Shown piece after piece: positions 17,207-24,000 of a stretch of 24,000 bases of DNA. The DNA comes from Agarivorans sp. Alg241-V36 (lineage in GTDB: Bacteria; Pseudomonadota; Gammaproteobacteria; Enterobacterales; Celerinatantimonadaceae). The stretch covers positions 5,168 through 29,167 of the forward strand of contig NZ_UNRE01000008.1 in assembly GCF_900537085.1 (NCBI RefSeq), written 5' to 3'. Below the pieces are notes generated by a model. The model was not told the origin of the DNA, searched no databases, and saw only the letters and a program-made list of their open reading frames with translations. The number at the start of each line of letters is the position of its first letter. Positions within the stretch are counted from its first letter, which is position 1. The position numbers and the translations under genes are program-made.

Positions 17207-17686
17207 GTGCTTGATGTATCTTCTCGTTATCTAACATTAGCTAAACAACTAGAAGCCATATTAGACAAAGACTTACCTTATATATCTAATTTAGCGAACT
17301 TTTCGGCACTTATGTGGCTTGAGCTAGAAGAGATTAACTGGGTAGGCTGCTATCTCGCAAACCAATCAAAAAGTCAGTTATTTCTAGGGCCGTTTCAAGG
17401 GAAGCCAGCTTGTACAACCATACAGGTTGGTAAAGGCGTTTGTGGTTCAGCCTATGAGCAGCAGCAAACTTTACGAGTTGAAAACGTACATGACTTTCCT
17501 GGGCATATTGCTTGTGACAGTGCCAGCGAATCTGAGATTGTGGTTCCCTTGTACCTTAATAATGAGCTGTTCGGTGTGATTGATATTGATAGTCCACGTC
17601 TTAATCGTTTTGATTCAAGCGATCAAATTGGCATCGAGTATTTGGTTAAGGTCTTGGAAAATAAACTAAGTGATGTGCATTTTTAA
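17207..17686 (+). CDS. msrC: GAF-domain free methionine-(R)-sulfoxide reductase MsrC (YebR)
   Basis: 159 aa. The GTG start has GAGGAG 7 nt upstream, inside the yebG 3' end. FQGKPACTTIQVGKGVCG and HIACDSASESEIVVPL motifs match E. coli MsrC. It precedes proQ-prc, matching the E. coli prc-proQ-msrC adjacency. Confidence 0.9.
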   Translation: MLDVSSRYLTLAKQLEAILDKDLPYISNLANFSALMWLELEEINWVGCYLANQSKSQLFLGPFQGKPACTTIQVGKGVCGSAYEQQQTLRVENVHDFPGHIACDSASESEIVVPLYLNNELFGVIDIDSPRLNRFDSSDQIGIEYLVKVLENKLSDVHF

Positions 17687-17767
17687 TGGCTTTTCAATAT
17701 ACGCTCACTATAATAGCCGAAATCAGCCCTGTCGCTGTACCAGTAAAGATGTATAAGAAAGGTCATC

Positions 17768-18397
17768 ATGGAACAAACTAACAAACTGAAAAATAGCAAA
17801 GAAGTCATTCAATATTTGGCGACACAATTCCCAAACTGTTTTTCTACAGAAGGTGAAGCCAAGCCACTTAAAATTGGTATTTTTCAGGACTTAGCTGAAC
17901 GTCTAAAAGAAGACGAAAAAGTAAGTAACACCGTATTGCGTTCAGCTCTGCGTCAATACACCTCTAGCTGGCGCTATCTTCATGGCGTAAAAGTTGGCTC
18001 TAAACGCGTTGACTTAGACGGCGTTGAAGGTGCAGAGATCGAACAAGAGCATGTAGAACATGCACAAAAAACCTTAAAAGAAAGCAAAGATAAAGCCTTT
18101 GCTAACAAAAAGGCTCAAGCTGAAAAAGCTGATAAAAACAAAGCTGCTGCGCGTAAACCAAAAGCTGACTTTAAGCGTACTAGTAAACCTAAAACTAGTG
18201 ATAGCAAACCAGCAGCAGAGCAGAAGCCGATTGAAAAAATCGACAGTAAAGATTTAGTTGCAGGGAAGGAAGTTCGTGTATTGGTTGGAAAAACACCAAT
18301 GCCGGGTCAGATCTCAGAAGTAACAAAAGATGGCATTGCTGTTACACTTAAAAGCGGTATGTTAGTTAAAGTTAAAGCAGAACATATCGTTGCATAA
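17768..18397 (+). CDS. proQ: RNA chaperone ProQ
   Basis: 209 aa. It has an N-terminal FinO-like domain (..YLATQFPNCF..KPLKIGIFQDL..), a Lys/Ala-rich linker and a C-terminal Tudor-like domain. A perfect TATAAT lies at 17709-17714, but no good -35 accompanies it. Confidence 0.93.
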   Translation: MEQTNKLKNSKEVIQYLATQFPNCFSTEGEAKPLKIGIFQDLAERLKEDEKVSNTVLRSALRQYTSSWRYLHGVKVGSKRVDLDGVEGAEIEQEHVEHAQKTLKESKDKAFANKKAQAEKADKNKAAARKPKADFKRTSKPKTSDSKPAAEQKPIEKIDSKDLVAGKEVRVLVGKTPMPGQISEVTKDGIAVTLKSGMLVKVKAEHIVA

Positions 18398-18423
18398 TTG
18401 ATTTAGTAGTGAGATAGGTGCCT

Positions 18424-20436
18424 ATGAAATATTTGAGCCGTCCGTGGCTATTTTTTTTAACGCTTAGTTACTCAACTCTGTTGTTGGCTCAAACGCCTAC
18501 ATTAGGACAAGATGCGCTACCCACTTTAAGCCAGCAAAGCCAACATGCTACCGCTGCAAAACGTATTAGCGCATTATATACCCGCTCTCATTACCGCAGT
18601 GTCGCCTTTGATGACGAACTCTCCAGTGAAATCTTCGATAAATTTATTCAACAGCTCGACTACAACCGTAGCTTGTTTCTGGAAGAAGATTTCCTAAGGT
18701 TTGAACGTTACCGCTACAGCTTGGATCAAGACATTCCAGCCGGACGGTTAGAACCGCTTTATTCAATGTTCGACCTGTCGCTTAAACGTCGCTATCAGCA
18801 ATTAGTTTACTCCTTGCAGGTACTCGACGAGCCAATGGACTTTACTAAAAACGAGGATTTTCAATTCGACCGTAGTGAAGCTGATTGGCCAAAAACGCAA
18901 ACTGAGATTAAAGAGCTTTGGCGCCTAAAAGTTAAATACGATGCGCTTAACTTAAAACTCGCTGGTCGTGAACACGACAAGATAGTTGAAGTTTTAGCTA
19001 AACGTTATAACAGTGCGATTAAACGCTTAGTTCAAACTGGTAGCGAAGATGTTTTCCAAACTGCCATGAACGCTTATTCACGCGCTATTGAACCACATAC
19101 TAGTTACCTTTCACCTCGTACAGCAGAACGTTTCAAAATGGAAATGAACCTTTCTTTAGAAGGGATTGGTGCTGTACTTCAAGGTGAAGACGAATACACG
19201 GTAATTCGTAGTTTGGTTCCTGGTGGCCCAGCCGCACTAAGTAATCAATTAGGTCCAGAAGACAAAATTGTTGGTGTTGCCCAAGGCGAAGATGAAATTG
19301 TCGATATTATTGGCTGGCGCTTAGATGATGTTGTTGACCTTATTAAGGGGCCTAAAGGCACCACTGTAAGGCTAGAGATTCTTGCGTCTGGCGGTAAAGT
19401 GGATGGTAAAACTAAGATCGTAGATATTATCCGCGATAAAGTTCGCCTAGAAGACCGTGCAGCCAAAAGTGAAGTACTTGAAATAGAAGACAAGAAAGTA
19501 GGGGTGCTCAACGTTCCTAGTTTCTATGTGAATTTAAGTGAAGATGCCAGTAAAGAACTTCGTAAACTTGATGAAGAAAATATCAGTTCTTTGATCGTAG
19601 ATTTACGCGGCAATGGTGGTGGCGCGCTTACAGAAGCCACTGCGTTAACTGGTCTGTTCATTCCGCAAGGTCCGGTGGTACAAGTGCGTGATCAGCTAGG
19701 GCGCATTACTGTAAATAACGATACCAGTAATTCGGTAACTTACAGTGGTCCAATGGTTATCTTAATTGACCGTTACAGTGCTTCTGCGTCAGAGATTTTT
19801 GCCGCTGCCTTACAAGACTATGGCAGAGCGATTGTTATAGGTGAGCAGAGTTACGGTAAAGGTACCGTGCAACAGCACCGAGGTTTAGGTCGAATTTACG
19901 ATTTATACGAAAATGAGCTAGGCCACGTGCAGTACACCATTGCTAAGTTCTATCGAATTAACGGTGGCAGCACTCAGCACCGCGGTGTGATTCCAGACAT
20001 TTCTTATCCTTCAGCCTTATTACCTGAAGAAACGGGTGAGAGTGTTGAAGATAACGCCTTACCTTGGGACAAAATTAAAGCCGCTAACTACAAGTTACTT
20101 GGAGATGTTAGCCCTTATATTGAAGCCCTTGATAAGAAGCACCAAGCTCGCATAGCAAATGATCCAGAGTTTCAATATATCATTAGCGATATTGCTGATT
20201 ACCGTAAAGACAAAGATATGAAATCAGTAAGTCTTAATGAGAAAGCTCGAATCTCACAGCGTGACGATAAAGAACAAAAGCAGTTGGCTCGCCTTAACGA
20301 ACGCTTAACTCGCTTGGGCGAAGAACCAGTTAAGGATTTAGAAGATGCACCTAAAGATATTGATTTAGACGACGCCTTCTTAACTGAAGCAGCAGAAATA
20401 GCGATTGATTACCTAGAAATTCGTAATCCTAGCTAA
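18424..20436 (+). CDS. prc: Tail-specific (C-terminal processing) periplasmic protease Prc
   Basis: The ORF track starts at GTG 18418. ATG 18424 gives MKYLSRPWLFFLT, which looks like a signal peptide. A PDZ region and the S41 peptidase motifs (DLRGNGGG, SASASEIFA, GKGTVQ) are present. Syntenic with proQ-prc. Confidence 0.93.
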   Translation: MKYLSRPWLFFLTLSYSTLLLAQTPTLGQDALPTLSQQSQHATAAKRISALYTRSHYRSVAFDDELSSEIFDKFIQQLDYNRSLFLEEDFLRFERYRYSLDQDIPAGRLEPLYSMFDLSLKRRYQQLVYSLQVLDEPMDFTKNEDFQFDRSEADWPKTQTEIKELWRLKVKYDALNLKLAGREHDKIVEVLAKRYNSAIKRLVQTGSEDVFQTAMNAYSRAIEPHTSYLSPRTAERFKMEMNLSLEGIGAVLQGEDEYTVIRSLVPGGPAALSNQLGPEDKIVGVAQGEDEIVDIIGWRLDDVVDLIKGPKGTTVRLEILASGGKVDGKTKIVDIIRDKVRLEDRAAKSEVLEIEDKKVGVLNVPSFYVNLSEDASKELRKLDEENISSLIVDLRGNGGGALTEATALTGLFIPQGPVVQVRDQLGRITVNNDTSNSVTYSGPMVILIDRYSASASEIFAAALQDYGRAIVIGEQSYGKGTVQQHRGLGRIYDLYENELGHVQYTIAKFYRINGGSTQHRGVIPDISYPSALLPEETGESVEDNALPWDKIKAANYKLLGDVSPYIEALDKKHQARIANDPEFQYIISDIADYRKDKDMKSVSLNEKARISQRDDKEQKQLARLNERLTRLGEEPVKDLEDAPKDIDLDDAFLTEAAEIAIDYLEIRNPS

Positions 20437-20455
20437 GCTAGCCTTGTTATAGATA

Positions 20456-20486
20456 TGAAAAAGCCAGCTAATCGCTGGCTTTTTTA
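20456..20486. terminator. Bidirectional intrinsic terminator between convergent prc and rnb
   Basis: AAAAAGCCAGC-TAATC-GCTGGCTTTTTT. The stem at 20462-20480 is flanked by an A-run and a T-run, so it can work on both strands. Confidence 0.8.
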
Positions 20487-20503
20487 TTGCGAAAGCAAAG
20501 TGT

Positions 20504-22441
20504 TTAGCAAGGTGCAGCAACTATTGATTGTTGTAACTTTTTCACTTCGATTATCTTAACCGAGATGGTATCACCTACACTGTAGCGTATGTCTTTGGTT
20601 GCCAAGCTACCCAATTCACTATCTATGGTGAGTTCCTCATCTTTGCCTGCCAGTTTAGTTTTAGGCACAAATGCAGAAGCACCGCTATTTAGTAAACGAA
20701 TGTTTAAGCCACCGCGATTTACATTACTGATCTCTGCACTTAAGCAAGTATTTGGGTCTTGTTCTGCAAAGTATTCACAATACAGGTAATTCGCCATTTC
20801 ACGTTCGGCAAACTTTTGCTTTTTACGATTGTCACTAAGGTGCTCAGACAATTCTTCGGATAATGGGGAATCAGGCGTCTGCCCATTTATTACTGACTTA
20901 ATAAGACGGTGATTTAATAAATCACTGTATTTACGAATCGGCGAAGTCCAAGTGGCATACTTTGCTTCACCTAAGCCAAAGTGCGGGAGACATTTGTCAC
21001 TGTAAACTCCAAAGTTGAAATGGCGTTTTACTAGTTGGTCTAGACACTTGTTACCAGTAGCGGCAATGTCTCTTCTTAGCTGGCAAAAGTAATCGAGATC
21101 GCTAAGTTTTTCGCGTTCAACTTGCATCTCAAATTTAGCCAGTAGCTCTACTAGCCCATCCAGTTTTTCTTCTTTGAAACCGGAGTGGCAGGCAAATACA
21201 CCAAAGCTAAGTTTTTCGTCTAAGAAGCGGCCGCCACAAATATTGGCTGCAACCATAGCTTCTTCGATCATTCGGTTTGCGCTGCGGCGCGATTGGCGCA
21301 GAATGTCGATGACCTGGCCTTTGTTGTCTAATACAAATTCGTAATCAGCTTGGTCTCCAAACACTGAGGTATTTTCTGCTCGCCATTGATTACGCTGTTC
21401 ACTAAACAAGTGAAGCTCTTTTAAAGCTTTAGTGAGTTCTTCATCAGAGTTTAGGTCATCAGACTTCTGTTCAATGAAGTCTGAGACTTGATTGTAGCTA
21501 AGTCGATGTTTTGATTGCACTGTTGCTAGGTAAAACTCAGCATTGTTTTGTAGTTCGCCATCAAACCCTATTTTCATTTCACAAACTAGAGCAGGGCGCA
21601 CTTGGTTTGCTACTAGTGAGCAATGTTCATTTGCGAGTTTGCTCGGCATCATCGGTACAGTGCGAGCAGGCAAATACAAGGTAAATGCACGTTGTTTTGC
21701 CGCTTTTTCAAGCTCACTATCACTGTTTATGTAAGCGCTAGGGTCGGCGATAGCAACTTTTAGTGTCCAATGATCAGCTTCTCGAGAAATAGAAACGGCA
21801 TCATCCATATCTTTGGTGTTTTCACCATCAATGGTGAAGAGCAGCTCGTCACTTAGATCGCGGCGAGTTATTTGCTGGTCGATAATAGCTAAGTCTTCAG
21901 TGAGTTCGGGTTGGTCCCAAGCTAGCTGATGCTTTTTAGTTGTGGCTTTCCAGCGAGCGAAGTTATCGTCGCTCTCAGCAATAAACTCGATGATTTCAGC
22001 CTGAAAGTATTGCTCTTTAAGCGCGTGCTTAACCAAGCGAGCTAACACCCAATCACCTTGCTTAATAGAGAAGCCGCTGTCTTTTATAACTTTAGCGCTC
22101 AAAAGCTGATTAATTAGTGGGTGATCAACTTGCAGTTTAGTTCGTTTATCAACAAATTTAACCCGTGCCACAAAAGTCTCTAAGGCCGGTTCTACCAGGG
22201 TTTCTGGCTCAGCAGCTTCTTTGCCATTGTTTTCACGAATAGCCGCGCTAATGCGGTCACCATGGATAAGCTTTTTCATCATTGGTGGAGCAATGAAGTA
22301 GCTTTTTTTGTTGTCAGTTTGAAGGAAACCGAAGTTTTTTTCGGTAGCTTTAACTACCCCTTCAACAGTTGGAATAGTCTCTCTAATTTGCTGCTTCAAC
22401 TGAGCTAATAGAGGGTTATCTTTAAGCATAAAGGCTTCCAT
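20504..22441 (-). CDS. rnb: Exoribonuclease II (RNase II)
   Basis: 645 aa. (M)LKDNPLLAQLKQQ..EGVVKATEKNFGFL is nearly identical in pattern to the E. coli RNase II N-terminus. An RNB domain and a C-terminal S1 domain are present. The true start may be the second ATG at 22429, which gives MLKDNPLL compared with E. coli MFQDNPLL. Confidence 0.93.
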   Translation of the reverse strand: MEAFMLKDNPLLAQLKQQIRETIPTVEGVVKATEKNFGFLQTDNKKSYFIAPPMMKKLIHGDRISAAIRENNGKEAAEPETLVEPALETFVARVKFVDKRTKLQVDHPLINQLLSAKVIKDSGFSIKQGDWVLARLVKHALKEQYFQAEIIEFIAESDDNFARWKATTKKHQLAWDQPELTEDLAIIDQQITRRDLSDELLFTIDGENTKDMDDAVSISREADHWTLKVAIADPSAYINSDSELEKAAKQRAFTLYLPARTVPMMPSKLANEHCSLVANQVRPALVCEMKIGFDGELQNNAEFYLATVQSKHRLSYNQVSDFIEQKSDDLNSDEELTKALKELHLFSEQRNQWRAENTSVFGDQADYEFVLDNKGQVIDILRQSRRSANRMIEEAMVAANICGGRFLDEKLSFGVFACHSGFKEEKLDGLVELLAKFEMQVEREKLSDLDYFCQLRRDIAATGNKCLDQLVKRHFNFGVYSDKCLPHFGLGEAKYATWTSPIRKYSDLLNHRLIKSVINGQTPDSPLSEELSEHLSDNRKKQKFAEREMANYLYCEYFAEQDPNTCLSAEISNVNRGGLNIRLLNSGASAFVPKTKLAGKDEELTIDSELGSLATKDIRYSVGDTISVKIIEVKKLQQSIVAAPC

Positions 22442-22445
22442 TTTT

Positions 22446-22463
22446 TATAGTGAAAGCACTATA
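22446..22463. promoter_or_regulatory. Inverted repeat TATAGTG-N4-CACTATA just upstream of the rnb start
   Basis: 7-bp arms with a 4-nt spacer, starting 5 nt from ATG 22441. On the minus strand TATAGT could equally be a -10 hexamer. Function is unknown. Confidence 0.25.
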
Positions 22464-22509
22464 CCCAAAGGTTTATCGCGATTCTAGAGAAACAGTACTG
22501 GTTTATTAG

Positions 22510-22527
22510 GTTTAGCTCGAGCTAAAC
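22510..22527. promoter_or_regulatory. 18-bp perfect palindrome GTTTAGCTCGAGCTAAAC (candidate operator) upstream of cobO
   Basis: Perfect dyad with 9-bp arms and no spacer, 33 nt upstream of the cobO ATG in the rnb/cobO divergent region. It matches no regulator motif that I recognise. Confidence 0.3.
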
Positions 22528-22560
22528 TTGCAAACAAACTGATAACAATGAAGAGCAGGG

Positions 22561-23157
22561 ATGAGTAAAGATCAAGAAAAGCATCAACAGCGTCAGGAAA
22601 AGTTGAAAGCTAGTGTTGATGCAAAGGTAGAAGATTCACAAATCGAGAAAGGTTTGTTGTTAGTGATTACCGGTAACGGAAAAGGTAAATCTACAGCCGG
22701 TTTCGGTAACGTAGCACGCGCTACCGGCCATGGTTATAAAGCAACCGTTGCACAGTTTATTAAAGGCGGCTGGGAGTGTGGTGAGCGCAACTTGTTGCAG
22801 AACAGCGGTGTAGAGTTTGCCACTATGGCTACTGGATTCACATGGGAAACACAAAACCGAGAGCTTGATACCCAAGCGGCACAAGAAGTTTGGCAAAAGT
22901 GTAAACAGTGGTTAGCCGATCCATCAATCTATTTGGTGTTGTTAGACGAAATCACTTACATGCTTAGCTATGACTATCTTGATGTTGAAGAAGTAGTTGC
23001 AGCCATTCAACAGCGACCAGCTGAGCAGAGCGTGGTGGTTACTGGCCGTGCTTGTCACCGCAAAGTAATGGATATTGCAGATACCATTTCCGAGGTGAAA
23101 AATGTTAAGCACGCATTTGAGTCAGGTATTAAGGCTCGTCAAGGCATAGATTGGTAA
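22561..23157 (+). CDS. cobO: Cob(I)yrinic acid a,c-diamide / cob(I)alamin adenosyltransferase (CobA/CobO/BtuR)
   Basis: 198 aa. QQRQEKLKASVDAKV..., the GNGKGKST P-loop, VAQFIKG, FTWETQNRE, LLDEITYM and VKHAFESGIKARQGIDW are colinear with E. coli BtuR. Confidence 0.93.
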   Translation: MSKDQEKHQQRQEKLKASVDAKVEDSQIEKGLLLVITGNGKGKSTAGFGNVARATGHGYKATVAQFIKGGWECGERNLLQNSGVEFATMATGFTWETQNRELDTQAAQEVWQKCKQWLADPSIYLVLLDEITYMLSYDYLDVEEVVAAIQQRPAEQSVVVTGRACHRKVMDIADTISEVKNVKHAFESGIKARQGIDW

Positions 23158-23163
23158 ACCCGA

Positions 23164-23185
23164 AAGGTGGCTTTAGAGCCACCTT
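23164..23185 (+). terminator. Probable intrinsic terminator after cobO
   Basis: AAGGTGGCT-TTAG-AGCCACCTT gives a 9-bp stem, followed by a weak T-rich stretch (TTATT). Confidence 0.5.
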
Positions 23186-23338
23186 ATTCCTCCACATCCT
23201 TTTTTAAGAATGATTTTCTACCAAATCCAAAAAAGTTAGAAAACACATTCCGTTTCCAGCCAGTCTAAAAAAAATACGCCAAATTTTTCCAATCGCTTAT
23301 TTGTACACTAAATCTATCGCAAACAGCAGAGATAGACC

Positions 23339-24000
23339 ATGGAACAGTGGCAACAATATATAGATTTAGTTCAGTCAGAAGTTGTACCAGCGCTAGGTTG
23401 CACCGAACCGGTGACCGTTGCCTTGGCGAGCGCCAAAGCTGCTGAATTATTGGGTGGTTTACCTGATTCAATTCAAGTGAAAGTAACCCCTAATCTGTAT
23501 AAAAATGGTATGGGGGTATTTGTTCCCGGTACCGGTAAAGCCGGTTTGCCTATTGCAGCAGCTGTTGGGGCAAGTGCTGGCGATGCAAGCAAAGGTTTAG
23601 AAGTACTTGCGACAATCTCTGAGGATGCTTTAAACCTAGCGAAGCAGATGCTTAGTCAGCGCAAGGTTAGTGTATCAATGGTGAGTAATGATGACGTTCT
23701 GCACACCGTGGTTAATGCCAGCCGTAATCAAGATAAAGTTGAAGTATGTATCGCGAAATCTCACACTCGTTTTGAATACATTGTTAAGAACGGAGAAGTG
23801 GTAGAGCAAGCCGATGCTGTGCAATGTGCTCCTGCGTCTGAAACTCATCACCTAGAATTATCGATAGACAGAATTGTAGACTTCGTTGAGCAGGTGCCGG
23901 TTAGTCAAATCGAGTTTATTAAAAGAGCTGCTAGTTTAAACAGAGCCCTAGCAGAAACCGGTTTAACTGGAGACTATGGCTTAGCTCTTGGGGCTAGCTT
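23339..24000 (+). CDS. cyuA: UPF0597 / YhaM(CyuA)-family protein (L-cysteine desulfidase-like), N-terminal part; continues beyond the window
   Basis: Absent from the ORF track because it has no stop inside the window. ATG 23339 is preceded by an in-frame TAG at 23333. The translation MEQWQQYIDLVQSEVVPALGCTEPVTVALASAKAAE...PNLYKNGMGVFVPGTGKAGLPIAAAVGA aligns with E. coli YhaM (..EVKPALGCTEPISLALAAA..PNLMKNGLGVTVPGTG..GLPIAAALGA). The enzymatic function in this organism is inferred. Confidence 0.8.
   Translation, partial: MEQWQQYIDLVQSEVVPALGCTEPVTVALASAKAAELLGGLPDSIQVKVTPNLYKNGMGVFVPGTGKAGLPIAAAVGASAGDASKGLEVLATISEDALNLAKQMLSQRKVSVSMVSNDDVLHTVVNASRNQDKVEVCIAKSHTRFEYIVKNGEVVEQADAVQCAPASETHHLELSIDRIVDFVEQVPVSQIEFIKRAASLNRALAETGLTGDYGLALGAS

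Noticed and set aside
22442-22560. Cobalamin riboswitch upstream of cobO/btuR.
   Set aside because: The whole divergent spacer is only 119 nt, shared with the rnb promoter region. It has no B12-box-like sequence and does not have the length needed for the multi-helix riboswitch fold.
23214-23243. Inverted repeat TTTTCTA-N16-TAGAAAA in the cobO/cyuA-like spacer.
   Set aside because: The arms are short and very AT-rich, in an AT-rich spacer, so chance occurrence is likely. No supporting promoter geometry could be identified.
1-24000. Search for CRISPR arrays, transposase or integrase genes, IS inverted repeats, prophage or defence-island content, toxin-antitoxin pairs, tRNA or rRNA genes, and long direct repeats.
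   Set aside because: None were found. Every ORF of 90 aa or more that is not a shadow ORF has a conserved housekeeping identity. Intergenic regions are short (180 nt or less) and are accounted for by promoters, terminators and the small dyads listed above.

Overview
This is a core-chromosome window from a moderately AT-rich gammaproteobacterium. The proteins look Alteromonadales/Vibrionales-like, but the taxon cannot be fixed from this sequence. All gene identifications rest on my recollection of E. coli homologues and family motifs; no database search was run.

Two blocks that are each syntenic with E. coli K-12 lie next to each other:
- Block 1 (bases 1-11480): rluC (3' part), maf/yceF (minus strand), then yceD-rpmF-plsX-fabH-fabD-fabG-acpP-fabF-pabC-mltG-tmk-holB-ycfH.
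- Block 2 (11589-20436): rsmF, letB and letA on the minus strand, then yebG-msrC-proQ-prc on the plus strand.

These are followed by rnb (minus strand), cobO/btuR and the 5' part of a cyuA/yhaM-like gene.

There are 26 CDS, all with ordinary housekeeping assignments. I see no rRNA, tRNA, CRISPR array, transposase, integrase, phage gene or defence-like gene, and no evidence for a novel multi-gene system.

The points worth a second look are modest:
1. LetA (YebS) is encoded as two overlapping half-size genes, each with its own zinc-ribbon motif.
2. A strong LexA box sits in front of yebG, and msrC abuts yebG with a 4-nt gap.
3. A FadR-type palindrome and a tandem 8-mer abut the putative acpP promoter.
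4. A near-consensus sigma70 promoter lies about 10 nt upstream of a yceD start that has no Shine-Dalgarno (SD) sequence.
5. An 18-bp perfect palindrome lies in the rnb/cobO divergent region.

Several ORF-track N-termini are over-extended and are corrected in the feature list. rpmF and the open-ended last gene are missing from the track.
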